A DNA stretch of 64,000 bases from Bugula neritina. Taxonomy: Eukaryota > Animalia > Bryozoa. The stretch lies in contig OZ037766.1 in assembly GCA_964035545.1 (NCBI GenBank), forward strand, positions 8,484,722 to 8,548,721. The letters are read 5' to 3'. Within the stretch, counting starts at the first letter, position 1. Each line of letters begins with the position of its first letter. A program made the position numbers and the translations under genes. This document shows, piece by piece, positions 25,786 through 39,100 of the stretch. Under the pieces are notes generated by a model. It worked only from the letters and a program-made list of their open reading frames with translations. It did not search any database and was not told the DNA's origin.

Positions 25786-28700
25786 TTTCAATGACTGGTA
25801 AAAAACTTATCGAGTCTAAAAAAATTTCTTCATTCAGGTTTTTCAAAAATTTAGAGTAGCTAAACCTATTTCTTGTCTTGCAAAGTAAAGCTAATCAGAT
25901 TTGGCAAAAAGTGGAAATTTGTTGTATGACATAAAAATATATAAAATATTCTTGTAAACTGTCATAACTTATAAAAATGGCGCTAATTTTTTCCACTTAT
26001 AACTTATAATAAAAACGTCAACGGTAATTTAGGTGTCTCGGCCATTCTGCAATCTGATTAGTTAAAATTGCCACATTTTCATATTTATTGGTTTGTTGTA
26101 AGACAATAATGTGAGCAAACATCATCATTTTTAAAAATGAGTAGTTTTTTGTGAAATTAATATTTAGGGGCAAGACAAAAATAATTCTTTCAACAGGCAC
26201 TAAAAAGTAAGCATCCAGCTCTTGGGACAATAACCCTAAGGTGTAAGCACAACATTACATTTTAAGGGTGACAAAACTTGAAGAAACGCTCCTCATCATT
26301 AATAAAAATGTGCCATGGCATTTTGTATTTTATTTTGCACCACTTATTTTAGGATCTGGATTTATCGCACTTCTCTTTGCCGGGTATTTTGCACAGCGTT
26401 CTTTGCCGCCTCCTGCCCCTAAAGTTGTTGGTATCGACCTTGGTAAGCTGTCTATCTTTTTCCTCACTCGTATGTTTTGAATTATTACAGTGTAACCTTT
26501 GACTGTTCTTTGCTATCAATTGTGACACCTTGCAAGAAAGCAACTTTATGGCGCTTTCGAATTCTGATGAGTAATGTTGCTAATATATATCTTATATAAT
26601 GGCAGCTTATGCCATTAGATAATGGCCCAGAAATTTTCTTTTGTAAAAGTAGTATTGTAAATAATTGTTTTGACCTTTTAAGAATTGCTATTGTGTAGAG
26701 GGGTTCAGAAGCAAGGAATTGTTAGTATTATTTCAATAATCATACAAAATTCAATTATCCATCACTATTTTGACCACCAACTTTTTTATTGTTGTTAGTA
26801 TATGGCAAGTTGTGCTATTGATTTAGTGTATTACTCCTTGTTTTTTTACCTAATACTAAATATTGTCATCGTTGGTAAATTATTTAGGGACCACCTATTC
26901 CTGCATTGGGTCATATCAAGCTATATCTGGAGAAGTGATTATCTATCAAGACTCTCTAGGCCATAAATGTATACCAAGTGTCGTGGCTTTTACGTAAGTC
27001 TGCATGTTGATTAAATTTTCCCTTTTTATAAGGCCAGACGATTTCTTTTCTGAAAGTAATGTTTAGAAATAAACCATCAAGCTACTTTTATGAAATATTT
27101 ATTTTCCTAAGTGTTCTGCTGATTGACTCGCTCTTTTTCTACAACAACACAAAATAAATGGAGAAAATTAATATTAAATGTGTTGAAAAAACTGTGCAGT
27201 TTTGCTATGTTAATCATCTACTGAACTAGTAGTAATGTTAGTAGTAGTGGGAGTAACAGTATCAAGTTAATGGATACTAACAACGATACTTGTAGTACTT
27301 TCAGTGGTAGTCTAGTAGTCTTACATTCTAACAATCAACTCTAGGATTTCAGTACAAATATATTTTGCTTTATTCTAACTGAAGCTAACAAATTATCATG
27401 TTGTCTTTTATCTTAAGAAACGTATTGAAGTCTCTTTACTGTACAGGCTTTTTCAACCTAGGTAGTAATGAGACTAACCTCATAAATTAAAAATAGAATG
27501 AATCTTCACAGCCTTCTGAAATTTCTTTTTCCAACTTACAAAATTTTTAAATCATAAATAACTTTATCCACTGTTGGGTTTGTGTCAATTCTCAAGTATT
27601 GTTACAGAGATGGTGAAGTGCTGGTCGGCCATGATGCAGTTAACCAACAAAATAAAAATTCTGCCAACACTATATATGATGCTAAGAGGTTCATTGGAAA
27701 AAAATTCACCCAGTCTCAACTTGAAAAAGAGGCTTCGAGGTATCAATTTAAAGTAAGTATGATAGATGCATTCCCTATAGTGTTATGCTAAGAGATAGAG
27801 GGAGAGTGTAAACTAATATAAACTTGAGTTAAATATCACATTTGTCTCTAAAACTATCATAATCTCAATATTTTTATGTACGTGTCCTATTTGCTTCACA
27901 ATAAAAATCTATTCTCTGCTTACACAAGGGTATTTGGAGTTGCGGGCTTGGATTATTATATATTTTTGGAAGCTGTCCATAAACGCCCATCTGCCAATGA
28001 ATATTCTTTTACCGGTACTCTTCTAACCCATGAATGGGCACAATACCTTGTTTATTACATAAATTTTATATGCTACTTACTACATGTATATAAACGTATA
28101 TTTGCACAATGTTATCAGATGAGTTTGGATAGTGAAGGCCTGGCATTATTTCATGCTCAACTTGAAGGAAAGGCTATTACAGTGACACCTCAGCGTATAG
28201 GAGGCTACATTATAGCTGCTCTACAACAGACAATGGCCAAGAATCTTACCTTCTCAACTCCAAGTCTTGCTGTGGTGTCTGTACCAGCCGAGTTTAATCA
28301 GTTGCAACGAAATCACACTTCAGAGGCCGCCAGCCACGCAGGTCAATGTCAATGTCTACATTGTTGATGAAGTCACATTTGTAATAATTTTAGGATATTT
28401 GTACTCTCCGCTCCAGAAATGATGATGGTAATTGTGTGAAACTTAACTTGATTATCAAATCGTAGTTGCTAGTATTTTTCTCAGAAAATTAATCAATTGT
28501 TTGTTTATTTAATCGATGATCTAAGAATAGATAGAACAACATATTGGTAAAAAATTTAAACTATATGTATTTATAATTACCTTTATATATATTTGTTTTT
28601 TATATAAATAAGTTATTTAAATCTTTAGGTTTTAAGGTATTGAGAGTTATTAATGAGCCTACAGCTGCTGCGTTAGCATACGGTCTTCATAAGAAGAAAG

Positions 28701-29546
28701 GTGTTAGCACAGTTATGGTGGTTGACTTGGGCGGAGGCACGCTGGATGTCTCATTACTCAGTATACAAGGAGGAATGTTCTTAACTCAAGCTATGGCTGG
28801 TAAATCATAGCACAGCTTTATTAAATGTTTTCAGGTATTTTATTAGAGTAGTACTAGTGATACCGTTCTGTAAACTAAAATAATTGGTAAGCCTTTAAGT
28901 TTTTCCTATTGATGTTTGAACTTCAGGCCAACAGTCTAGTGTCATGTTTGGTAGACAATTTTCTTATGTAACTGATTCTTACAGCTGTAGCACATGTTGG
29001 TTTATTACAGGTAATAATCATCTTGGTGGGCAAGATTTCAATGTTCAACTGCAGAATTATCTACTCAACGATATTTATAACGAGTTTCAACACAGACTGA
29101 CTGATCCAAACGATATGCAGCAGCTTAGATCTGCCGTTGAAACTGCAAAAATAAGATTAACAACAGAAAACAACACTTTGTTAGAGCTACCTTTAACCTC
29201 TATACATAAAGTATATATAAAAAATATCTCTAGAGATTTGTTTGAAGATATAAACAAAGAATTATTTGAAAAAGTGCTAGAACCTGTAAAAGTAATATTA
29301 AACTATACTGAATTAAGTAGGGCAGAGGTGGATGAGATAGTTATGGTAGGGGGGTCCACTCGCATACCGAAAGTACGGCAGCTGATACGAGACTACTTTA
29401 ACAAGTCTCTAAATACAGGTATAGATGCTGATTTAGCTGTTGTATCGGGTGTGTCTATACAGGCTGGAATTATCGGTGGCATGTGGCCCTTGACTGTCAG
29501 CGCTGTAGAAGTACAAAATAGTGTTCAGAAAATTGTGTTGCAATAA
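25148..29546 (+). CDS. HSPA13: Heat shock 70 kDa protein 13 (STCH), about 432 aa
   Basis: Exons 25148-25175, 26353-26442, 26888-26993, 27608-27752, 28119-28341, 28629-28799, 29011-29546 (1299 nt). Hydrophobic leader [59 protein letters not shown], ends [12 protein letters not shown] with no substrate-binding domain. Confidence 0.96.
25728..25783. repeat. (TA)n microsatellite
   Basis: Directly visible. Confidence 0.95.
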
Positions 29547-30547
29547 GAATATGCTGCTGATATTTCTAATGTATCATCCGTTACAAAGTTGGTTTATTGC
29601 CTACTTATTATGTTTATGGGAGGATTTATTTTTATATATTGTAAAACTATGTATTAAATTAAGTCATCCTATTTATTTGTTTTGTCCTGGTGGGTTTGCT
29701 TATAACGAGCTCACAGATATTCTTGGTGTAGTTACCTTTATTGTTGAGAAACTTTTGTTGATATTTAATTTATTTTAAAATTTATTTCTCATAACCTGTA
29801 TGTTGTAAAAATATACATATATATTTTAATTACTTTATCGAGTCAAGTACTTTGTTATTTTTTCAGAAATTTTTTTACTGCATCAGCTCAGTGTTAGTGC
29901 ACTGATTTACTTTGGCTTGAAACTTCTTTCAAGTGACTATATCGAACTGTATATAGATTTTGGAGCATGCAATGAGCCTAACATTGTAAAATATTCATAG
30001 TTGGTGGTGTAAAAAAAGAATGGTACATTATGTATGCTAGAATTGAATAACACGTTGCCATTTTTCATTTTTTACAAATGCAGCTAGCTGTATTACTGTG
30101 CTTTTAATGCTTGATTGCAGTAGCTTACAACTACATAAATTAGCTTGTATACATGTGGGCTATTTATACAAGCTGCAATAGCTTATTAGCTACAATAAGT
30201 TGCAAAAAGCCTGTCTTTATAAAATGCTGAAAGTGAGGGGTGATACTCTATTCTGGCAGAAATTTTGGAATACTGTTGCTTTAAGGTACAGTTCAGCATA
30301 AATTTTGAGTTTTAGGTTTTAAATGAGGTTACACAATCTGTGGTAGACTGATAGTAAATACTCACGCAAGTCTGATTGAAATAGAACTACAATAATCGAT
30401 AAAATGGTTTCATCAAAAATAAATTTTTATAATAATATTTTATAAAGTTAATTAAAGAGCGAAGAACAATAATTGTTCTGGATTAGTGTTGACCAGCGAG
30501 TACATACTATTATTGAACAAAGCGTAGTACTTTGTGCGAGTTTAAAT

Positions 30548-30574
30548 TGGAAATTCCAACTGGGAAATTTCCCC
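30548..30574. promoter_or_regulatory. Tandem NF-kB-like sites upstream of the RING-UIM gene ATG
   Basis: TGGAAATTCCA (30548-30558) and perfect palindrome GGGAAATTTCCC (30562-30573), about 105-130 bp before ATG 30677. Confidence 0.65.
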
Positions 30575-30676
30575 AGTTTTGTTTCAATGAGCTCTCAAAT
30601 TTCCTTTTACAAACCACCGTTTCCTATGTTACAGGATTTGTGGATAACAATGCTACTAAAGGGAAATGATAATAAT

Positions 30677-33600
30677 ATGGCGATGCATAGTTTTAGTAGA
30701 GCCACCTCCAGCCGTCACCAGCAAGATCATGACGAATTTAAATGTACTGTCTGCATGGAGTTTTTTGATGATCCAGTTCGAACATCTTGCAATCACATGT
30801 AAGTTTATAAGCTATTAGTATTTCTATGAAACTCTATAGCATAAAAAGTCTAACTATACACGAACAGTACGACTACGGGTATGACAATGACATTCACATT
30901 CACATTGACTGAGAGTGAGTATCACTATGACTATCAGTATGACTATGAGTATCATTGATAAAAAATAGTGTAACTGTATACTTATACACATAGTGTCAAC
31001 TATCAATTTTATCTTTACAAGTTTTAAAATATTTCATTGCCAAAATTTGAAATCGAGTAAAGCCATCTCAAATCGCTCTGATTATACATATTTGGTCATA
31101 GGTGGAACAACTCTAGAATAAAGACGTGCATGCAACTTTTTGATGAAGTTTTAGCAACGTGTTTGTATGATATCTGGAGCAGTCGGTTACAGCTTGTATA
31201 GGCATTGTGGGTTATTGTTTCAACAGTTAATCCCCTAATGAACTTAGGTTACTTGTGTTTATTATGAAGTATAAAATGTCACTGGTAAGTCACTGCTGTT
31301 ATCCATATTTCAAGTACGTCATCTTGAAATACACAGAATTTTTGTAAAAATATGATAAGTCAATATAAAAGTAATGCTTTTATGGAAATTTAGGGATATA
31401 TTGTAAGTAATAGTAAGTCAGGAGTAGTGTTGATCAAGTTAATACTTTTTCTTTGTAATTATACTGGAACAACCTTTTGCATATCCCTTCAACATGTGAT
31501 ATTTTATCAGGTTTCTCAAAATCATGGCTGTAAAGCTGTGAAGTTTCTTCTCTGTAAACTATCTTGTTGATAAGTTCTGTCTATGTGACTCTACATTTTT
31601 TTATTTTGCTTCCACTTAAATTTCTTCCATTCCAAACCTATATGCCTTATTGGTCCTTATTCTACTTCTCAATTCTTAAGATGCAGTCACCTTACATTCT
31701 AACATAAAATTCTGCTCTTCTCAGTCTGTTTGACGTGTGTCTTGCTTCTCCTTTTTCATGCCTGGAACACATCAAGTTAAGTTCCATTGTCTTTTAATTT
31801 CTATTGTCTATTGCCGTGATATTGTTGTCTCACTATTACTCTTCAACTTCTTTTTCTAAATAGTTTCCAATTTCTTGGACATAGAATATTGATCACCATC
31901 AAACATAATTTTCGAAAGGCTACGTCAGCTTTGATATCTCAGCAAACTAATCACTGCTATAATTTGCTCATAATTCTTCCTCTACACTCATACTGAACAC
32001 TCTTTTGCCTCATGGAAGGCATCTCAAGTAAACCAAAGGCTCTGATTAAACTTTTTCAAAGTCTTTTCAGATTTAGGTCGAGTTAGGTGAAACTTGCAAA
32101 CATACTTTAAAGGCAAAGGAAACAGCTGCCAGTCTTCTTTATCATTTAATCATTATTAGGCAGCCTCCAAGTCAAGTCAGTTGTTTAGGTTTTTAGCCAT
32201 TCATTCTATTTAGTGAGGAAAGGGTAGTACTAAGGATTCTACTTGACTGTTTTATAGCCATTTTTACTATAAAATAGTCATATAGTGTTCTGTAAAGAAT
32301 TTCAATGTGCATAGTAACAAAAAGTCTATTCTTTCCACGTGGCAACCATTATAAAACTAGTTTTTACAGCGAGACAAAGTCAAAGTTACAAGTTATAATT
32401 AGAGATAGTTATGTTTTTCAATATGTAATTGCCTTTAATATTGTTTTCAGTTTTATACATGGAGTCTTATGCCAATTTAGCTGATTACGGAACACAACTT
32501 TAATATTTTATTAGATTTGTAAGCTATTATTTATTAGCATCACAATGAGCCAAGTGCTACATATAGTTCTAAAACAATAGATCAACTGTAGTGTTATCTT
32601 TTATCTCTACCATTCTTTTTATAAAGTGTTCATTGAGCATTGATTGATAATAATTTTATAACTAATAAAAGAAATATATTTATAATATCTAGTGAGCAAC
32701 TGCAACTGGCAAAATGTTATAGTTTGAAAAATATCCCGTGAAATATTTATTTAAACTTTAGACACAATTCATATAATAAGTATGATAAAGTTACTTCTTT
32801 TTTTTAATGAGGATCTACTTTAATCTTATCTAAAGATATGAAACCTTATGTTCTTAATAAAATTGCTCACTGGCAAATTATAGTTTAGTTCAGGGCTGTC
32901 CAACAGGCGGCCCTAGGACCGGATGTGGCCCCCAGCCTACATTTATGTGGCCCTCGAAGGCATAAAGCTAAAATAATTTTTCACTGTTTACATGAATTGA
33001 AGTGAAAAGCCACCTTTTAAATGCATTATTTATACAAATAACACATAAAATGCAGCTGGCAGTAACTATTGAGATTTAATTGTGCAATGATTATTGAAGT
33101 TTTGGAATAAAGTAGTTTGAAAAATACTGATGCTGTGGCCCCCAGCACAAGCTGGAGCTTACAATGTGGCCCTCACCATGAAATATTTCATTTCTGTGGC
33201 CCTCGGTTTGAAAAGGTTGGACACCCCTGGTTTAGTTGATGACACACTTCCAATATGCAAGGGTACAGATTATTTGCTTCTTAGCAAAGACCACGTATTG
33301 TGTTGCAAATTGGTTTAACGTAAATAGTATACCTCCAAATTTGAAATATGTTTTCAGTAGTCATGCTTGTTGATTTTGAAAAAAACTAGTAATGTGCTGG
33401 TACAGTTTGAAGTATGATAAATCTCTGTTAAACAGATTGTCACCATTTTTTCATTTTTCAAGACCTTGAACCGGTAAACTACGATAGATTTTGAAAACAG
33501 CTGTGTCAGGGTAATAGTTCTGAGAATAGGGATAAGGTAGGAGTGTTAGTTTATATCCAAATTAATAAAAGGAATAAACTCTAATGAAGCAAACTTACTT

Positions 33601-35370
33601 TAAGTTATCTCTTTTCATGTCTGAAATTTAAACTGCCTTTTTTGGAGAAATTAAAACACAACTACAACTGTTTGTTAAAATAAATGTTGCCTTAGCTATT
33701 CATAAATGCACAAATATAGCTGGTAAATCTAATATCTTGACTCCGAAATATTATACGACTATGTACTAGATTGTGTATTTTTGTTAGTATGAATCTCTTT
33801 TCATATAATCTGCCATGTCTTTTCATCTTACCAATAACATCTACATAGCTTTTTGTTTTATTCTGTTACAGATTTTGTAAAAACTGCTTGGATGGAGCCT
33901 TGCAGAACAATCTAAGCTGCCCATTCTGTAGAAACTCAATGTCAGCAAATGAATACATTCAGGCCAATGATGTTGTTTCAAAAATGAAGAATAGAACACT
34001 AGACTGTGCAGACTGTGGTCAAAAGGTACGTATAACTTCAGGGTATAATATTACCTCCACAGTACCAGCTGTCTGATGGAATAGAATGTATTTTGTTACT
34101 GATTACTTCAATACATTGTGTACATGCATGCTCTAGATATAAATAGTGATAAATAGAATGCAATCGGTTACTTTAATTGTTCAAAAATCGTTTACATTTG
34201 TAATAATAGATACTTTTCTATAAGAAAATGACTGCTATATACAGGGATTATTTTGGAAAAATTGTACGCTCTGTGTTTCTATGTTGAAAGGTGCAATGTT
34301 GCTACATAAATAATACATGTGTTTAGTTCAAGCCAATTGATGGCCGGCAGCATGAAATGGAATGTTCTCCTTCACCTTTAGAAGCATCAGCTGGTGGAAG
34401 CTTAGGGTAAGCCCTATGCAGCATGTGTAGTGGGCATATGGTGCCTGTAGCTGAACATATTTTTAAACATTATAACTGGCTGGTGCAATTGCTATATTTT
34501 AAAACAGTTTGATGAGTTGTTAGTGAATTCAACAAGTTAAAAATTGACACTTGGGCAAACATTTTGTTCTCAAGAATTTCAGCTTTATAAATTGGGTTGT
34601 CTTCCCCCAAGATATTAATTTGTTTCACAAAAGTGTTTTTTACTGAAATCATCATTTAATTATAAAATAAATGTGATGCAGAGTGATATTTTGATGAGTA
34701 GGCGTTTTTGCCCAAATTTTTCTAAGTAACTTCAAACTTTTAAAGTTTATTTTTTATTTCCATTATTTCAAGAGACTGGTTTTATCATTATATTTTATTT
34801 TCAACAGGATCACTGTTAATAGACATGTTTTTCCCTGTGCTTACTGTGGATCGAAAAATTTTTCAAGAGAGAGCCTTTTAGCCCATTGCAATGCAAACCA
34901 CAAACAAGCACAGAACCACAACTTGGTGAGATTTAGTCAAGAACTATTTCGAAATATTGAATATTACCAATTAAAATATAATACAATTTTAATACATAGT
35001 AGACCCACATCCTTCTTTAGCGCAGTTCTCTATGCTATACACTTGTTTTGATAATTGATTTTTGAAGGTGTGCACTATTTGCATTGCTTTTCCCTGGGGG
35101 AATCAAGGCCAAGCTAGTGGTCATTTGCTTGATCATTTGAATCTGCGCCATAAATTTGATTATGACAGATTTGTGGTAAGTTACAAAGTTAAAAGTTCTT
35201 CACTTCTCTCTTGACAAATAGCTTAAGGAGTTGCCAGTATATTTTCTAGCTGATAAAAACTTTTTGTCCACAGCTACTTATTATTGAATGTACTGATATT
35301 TTAGGACTTGCATGAAGATGAAGATTCATCATTGCGGGATGCTCTGCAGCAGTCTCTCTATGAAATATAA
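30677..35370 (+). CDS. RING-UIM family E3 ubiquitin ligase (RNF166/RNF114/RNF125/RNF138-like), about 215 aa
   Basis: Exons 30677-30798, 33872-34025, 34327-34406, 34808-34925, 35068-35175, 35305-35370 (648 nt). C3HC4 RING (CTVC..CNHIFCKNC..CPFC), C2HC (CADC..H..C), Di19-type fingers (FPCAYC..HCNANH; VCTICIAFPWG..HLNLRHKFDYDRFV), UIM (EDEDSSLRDALQQSL). Confidence 0.93.
32891..33229. mobile_element. Non-autonomous hAT (Charlie-like) MITE
   Basis: TIRs CAGGGCTGTCCAAC / GTTGGACACCCCTG, perfect 8-bp TSD GTTTAGTT, internal TGTGGCCC repeats. Confidence 0.92.
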
Positions 35371-36151
35371 ACCTCATAATTTTCTTTTTTTTTCTAATGA
35401 TCCTGGTTAAATTAAATTATTAAATTTCTATGAAGTAATATTATTAGTTGATGCATATTCAAGATAATTCATGGAGCAAGTCTAGCTCAATAAGAAGCCT
35501 GTGCCCATATTATTTTGTTAAAATTGTATTATTAAAATATTGTAAAATAAAAATAATATTTATATATACATAAATATAATAATATAAATATCAATAATTT
35601 TTTTTGGATTAAAATGGTAGGGAATGTAGAATACAAAATATAGCCTTCTATAAAAGACTACAATATAATGTTCAAGGATCATAAAGATAACTATCATCAG
35701 GTGTGGAGTAGTATATTGGGGTGGTCAAAGAATCATCAAATAACTTCAACATCTAAAAGTAACGAATACAAGTATTATTCACCTAAATGACCAACTTAAC
35801 ATGACTAGAATATAATTCAGTATTTAAAGAATTTGTGATGCTGGCTGATATATTTAAATTTAGGACACTGTTGCACGCTTGCATTTGAAAAATGTATGAA
35901 AGGGGTAAACATATCTGGTTTTCTAATACAATAATGATCGGTAGTTGAATTTTTTAGCAGAGTCTAAAATAATTACAGTAATTGAAAAAATTAAAATAAT
36001 TATGCTAGATATTTTTAATTGAATATATGAATATATAGCATTCGAGATAAATAGAAAAGGTGGAGTAGTTTTACACGTGTAGTAGAGGAGTTACACGAAA
36101 GTTTTTATATCACTCATGCTCAGATCCAGGCCGATGATCTCACAACCTGTA

Positions 36152-39100
36152 TTAGGAAGCGCAGCATATTTTCATACAAAGCTGTATGACCTAAAAATAC
36201 ATATACCTAATATCTTAAACATCACAATAGACTATTTCATATTACACTAAGTAACAAAATATCTTACATTGCAGTGAGTAATGCCAATAAGATCTCTTGG
36301 AGTTTTCCTATCATTGTCTTTTGCGTTCTTGTTTGCGCCTTTTGCTATGAGATACTTCACCAAATCTATCTGATTCTCTTCAGAGATTGTGAGTAAGGAT
36401 ACAGCCAGATGCAAGGCTGTTTTTGACTCATAAGTTGTTTCGTTTATCAGCGTAGTGAGCTGATTTTCTGATTCCAAAATAAGTCTGGTTAGCTGAAGAC
36501 TGCACTTATCAACTGCATAGTGCAAAGCTGTTTTACCACATTTGTTGTGCTAAAACATAAAACACCAAAAAAAATAAAGCAAGCGCCACACCCAACACTT
36601 TTAAGAGTAGGTTTAAAAAAATAGAGCAGATTTGAAAAAATAGTATCAAGTTACAAACAACTCATGGCTTTTTGACCTGGGAGTGTAGAAGTTCAGTATG
36701 TCACTCATAAATGATTCTGCCTCTCAACAAACCGGTATTCGAATATTGAAATTAATAGCAGTATTTATGACCAGGAAATTCGATTCCTTATGTTATAGAA
36801 ACTTAAGATATATAACAGAAGTATTGAAGCATTTATATTTACTAAACCACAAACTCAGAATAGGCATGTTGTACTGTATGGTAATTGCATTCGATTCACG
36901 ATTGCTTTGCTAGAGTCAGTTCAGCATACACTATTGCTTTACTGACCTTGATGTGGGCCTGTGCACCAGCTCCCAGCAGTGTTCTAACAACAGGTGTGCT
37001 GTCTATTGCCTTCTTAGTTTTGGTGTCAACTCGCCCGTCATACCAAACAGCGAGGTGTAGAGCAGTAGCACCTACAAATTCATCAGCTACATTGCTTACA
37101 TCATATTATATAGTGTGATATATAGCAATAGGTATGTTTGATCATTATAGTCATAATTTTAGTTTAATCTAGAATTTTCGAAAATAAAATGTTGCCTTTA
37201 ATGTTTTTGGATAGCATATAGCACTGCAAAAAGTATTGCCATTGTAACTGCAGTAATGAAGTATCTCAGACTCTAAACATTGATTCTAACGAATAGCTGC
37301 TACATTACATAATATCCAGCACATGAGGATTCTTTTTATGCCAGATTGTTGGTTGCTTTATACAACTTATCTTTATAAAGTTGTTATTCTACAACTGAGT
37401 TTATATTTTATCAATTTGATATATGTGAATTCAAGAATTTAAGCCTATCACCTAAGGTGTTGGAGAAATCTATAATTTAAAAAAAACCTAGTAAATAGAA
37501 ACTTGTATTCTGGAATTTGTGTGTAGTCTCAGTTTTGGCTACTGGCAACATGAATTATCACTTTTTCATAGAACAGATCTACAGTTGGAAAATGGTCTCT
37601 TTGTAAAAAAATATTATTTAAAATTTATGAGAAGCTAAAGATCAGTACAGTTTTCATATCTCCAGAGAAGTACATTGCTGAGGTTTCAAGATTTAATTGA
37701 ATAATAACTCTCCTATCATGTGATATAGAAGAAAATCACTCTCACTTTTGATTGACATTTGTGATAAGTAAACTTCACATAATCCTATTACTATACAGCT
37801 ACAAGATATGCTCAGCATTCTCCATAAGGAGTTGTAATAATCTTTGGGAAAATCGTTCTAAAATAGCTCAATTGTAGTACGAAACAATCAACAACCAATA
37901 CCTGATACATCTACGTGGTTCACATTGGTATTTGGAGATGCTAGCATTATACTGAGTTCTTCCAAACACTTTTCTCCACGGCTGCTTGCATAGTGTAATG
38001 GTGTCCGAGATTCAAACTGTCCTTGGCAAACCTAAATGTGGTAAACAAGATAACACTAGCTCAGTGATGGGTTAGAAGAACTACATTCTACAACAATGTA
38101 AGGAGGACAATAGTCTGAACCAAGTTACTATAGTAATCTATATAACAAACCTCCAATAGGGAGTGGGCATTGCAGTCGGCACCCATTTGTTGTACCAGCA
38201 TCTTAGTCAGCCATGTTTGCCCAGCAGTCACAGCAAGAAATAAAGGTGTCTGCAAAAGTTGCAAATGAACGATCAACATTCAGATTCAACATGTAGGGGG
38301 GGGGGAGAGGGGGGAAGGGGGCTGAAGTCTAAGTGGAATTCATTTCAGGCTTTGAAAGTTTTCATTTTAGTATCTAGCTGCAGTTTAGCAAATAACAGGA
38401 AACAAAATGTAGTATCAAAAAGGAAACATCAGCTGAACCCACTAGCCAAATAAATGCATTTAATTAAAATGAATCTAGTTTTTTCAAAGCTGTGTATTTT
38501 TGTTAAGTTGTGCAAGGCTTAGTTCAGAATTTTAGTAGAGCCTGGTATAGTTTTGACTTTGCCATGTGCCTCTGTCTATTTCATCCCAAATTCCGTGAAA
38601 CAAAGATTAATGACAATAAATTCTGAGTTGCTAGCCTACGTGAGGAATTATAGAGATGACTTGAAAAACTCTTAAAATAATGAAAAAATGGGGAAAAGCT
38701 GATAAGTTTGAAAAATACTACATGACAGATTCGTTAATGATTAGCAATCAGTTTCTGATGGTGATTCAGCCCAAAATGATGAGTACATTTATTTAAATTG
38801 ACTAGCAAACAGCTTAAGACAAAATCAGCGCAAAGTTAAAAAACTAGCATTAAAGTATTCTTAAACAATGGCTGAGTAATATGAAGTTCGACAAGCAAGC
38901 AATGATGGTCTGATAATACCGTAGAATGCAAGTGCAGGCATCATAATTGAGCCTGGCTATCTATAGTTGCAGTGAATGCAGATAAGAGCATAATTTTAGT
39001 GTTAGCTCAAGGAAAATAAAAGATAATCCGCACCAACATCTGGTGTATTGTGAAGTAGGCTTACAGTTCTTAATGCTCATTGTACATATATTAAAGGTGA

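Noticed and set aside
31400-32150. Possible decayed retroelement in RING gene intron 1
   Set aside because: No diagnostic motif recoverable by eye.
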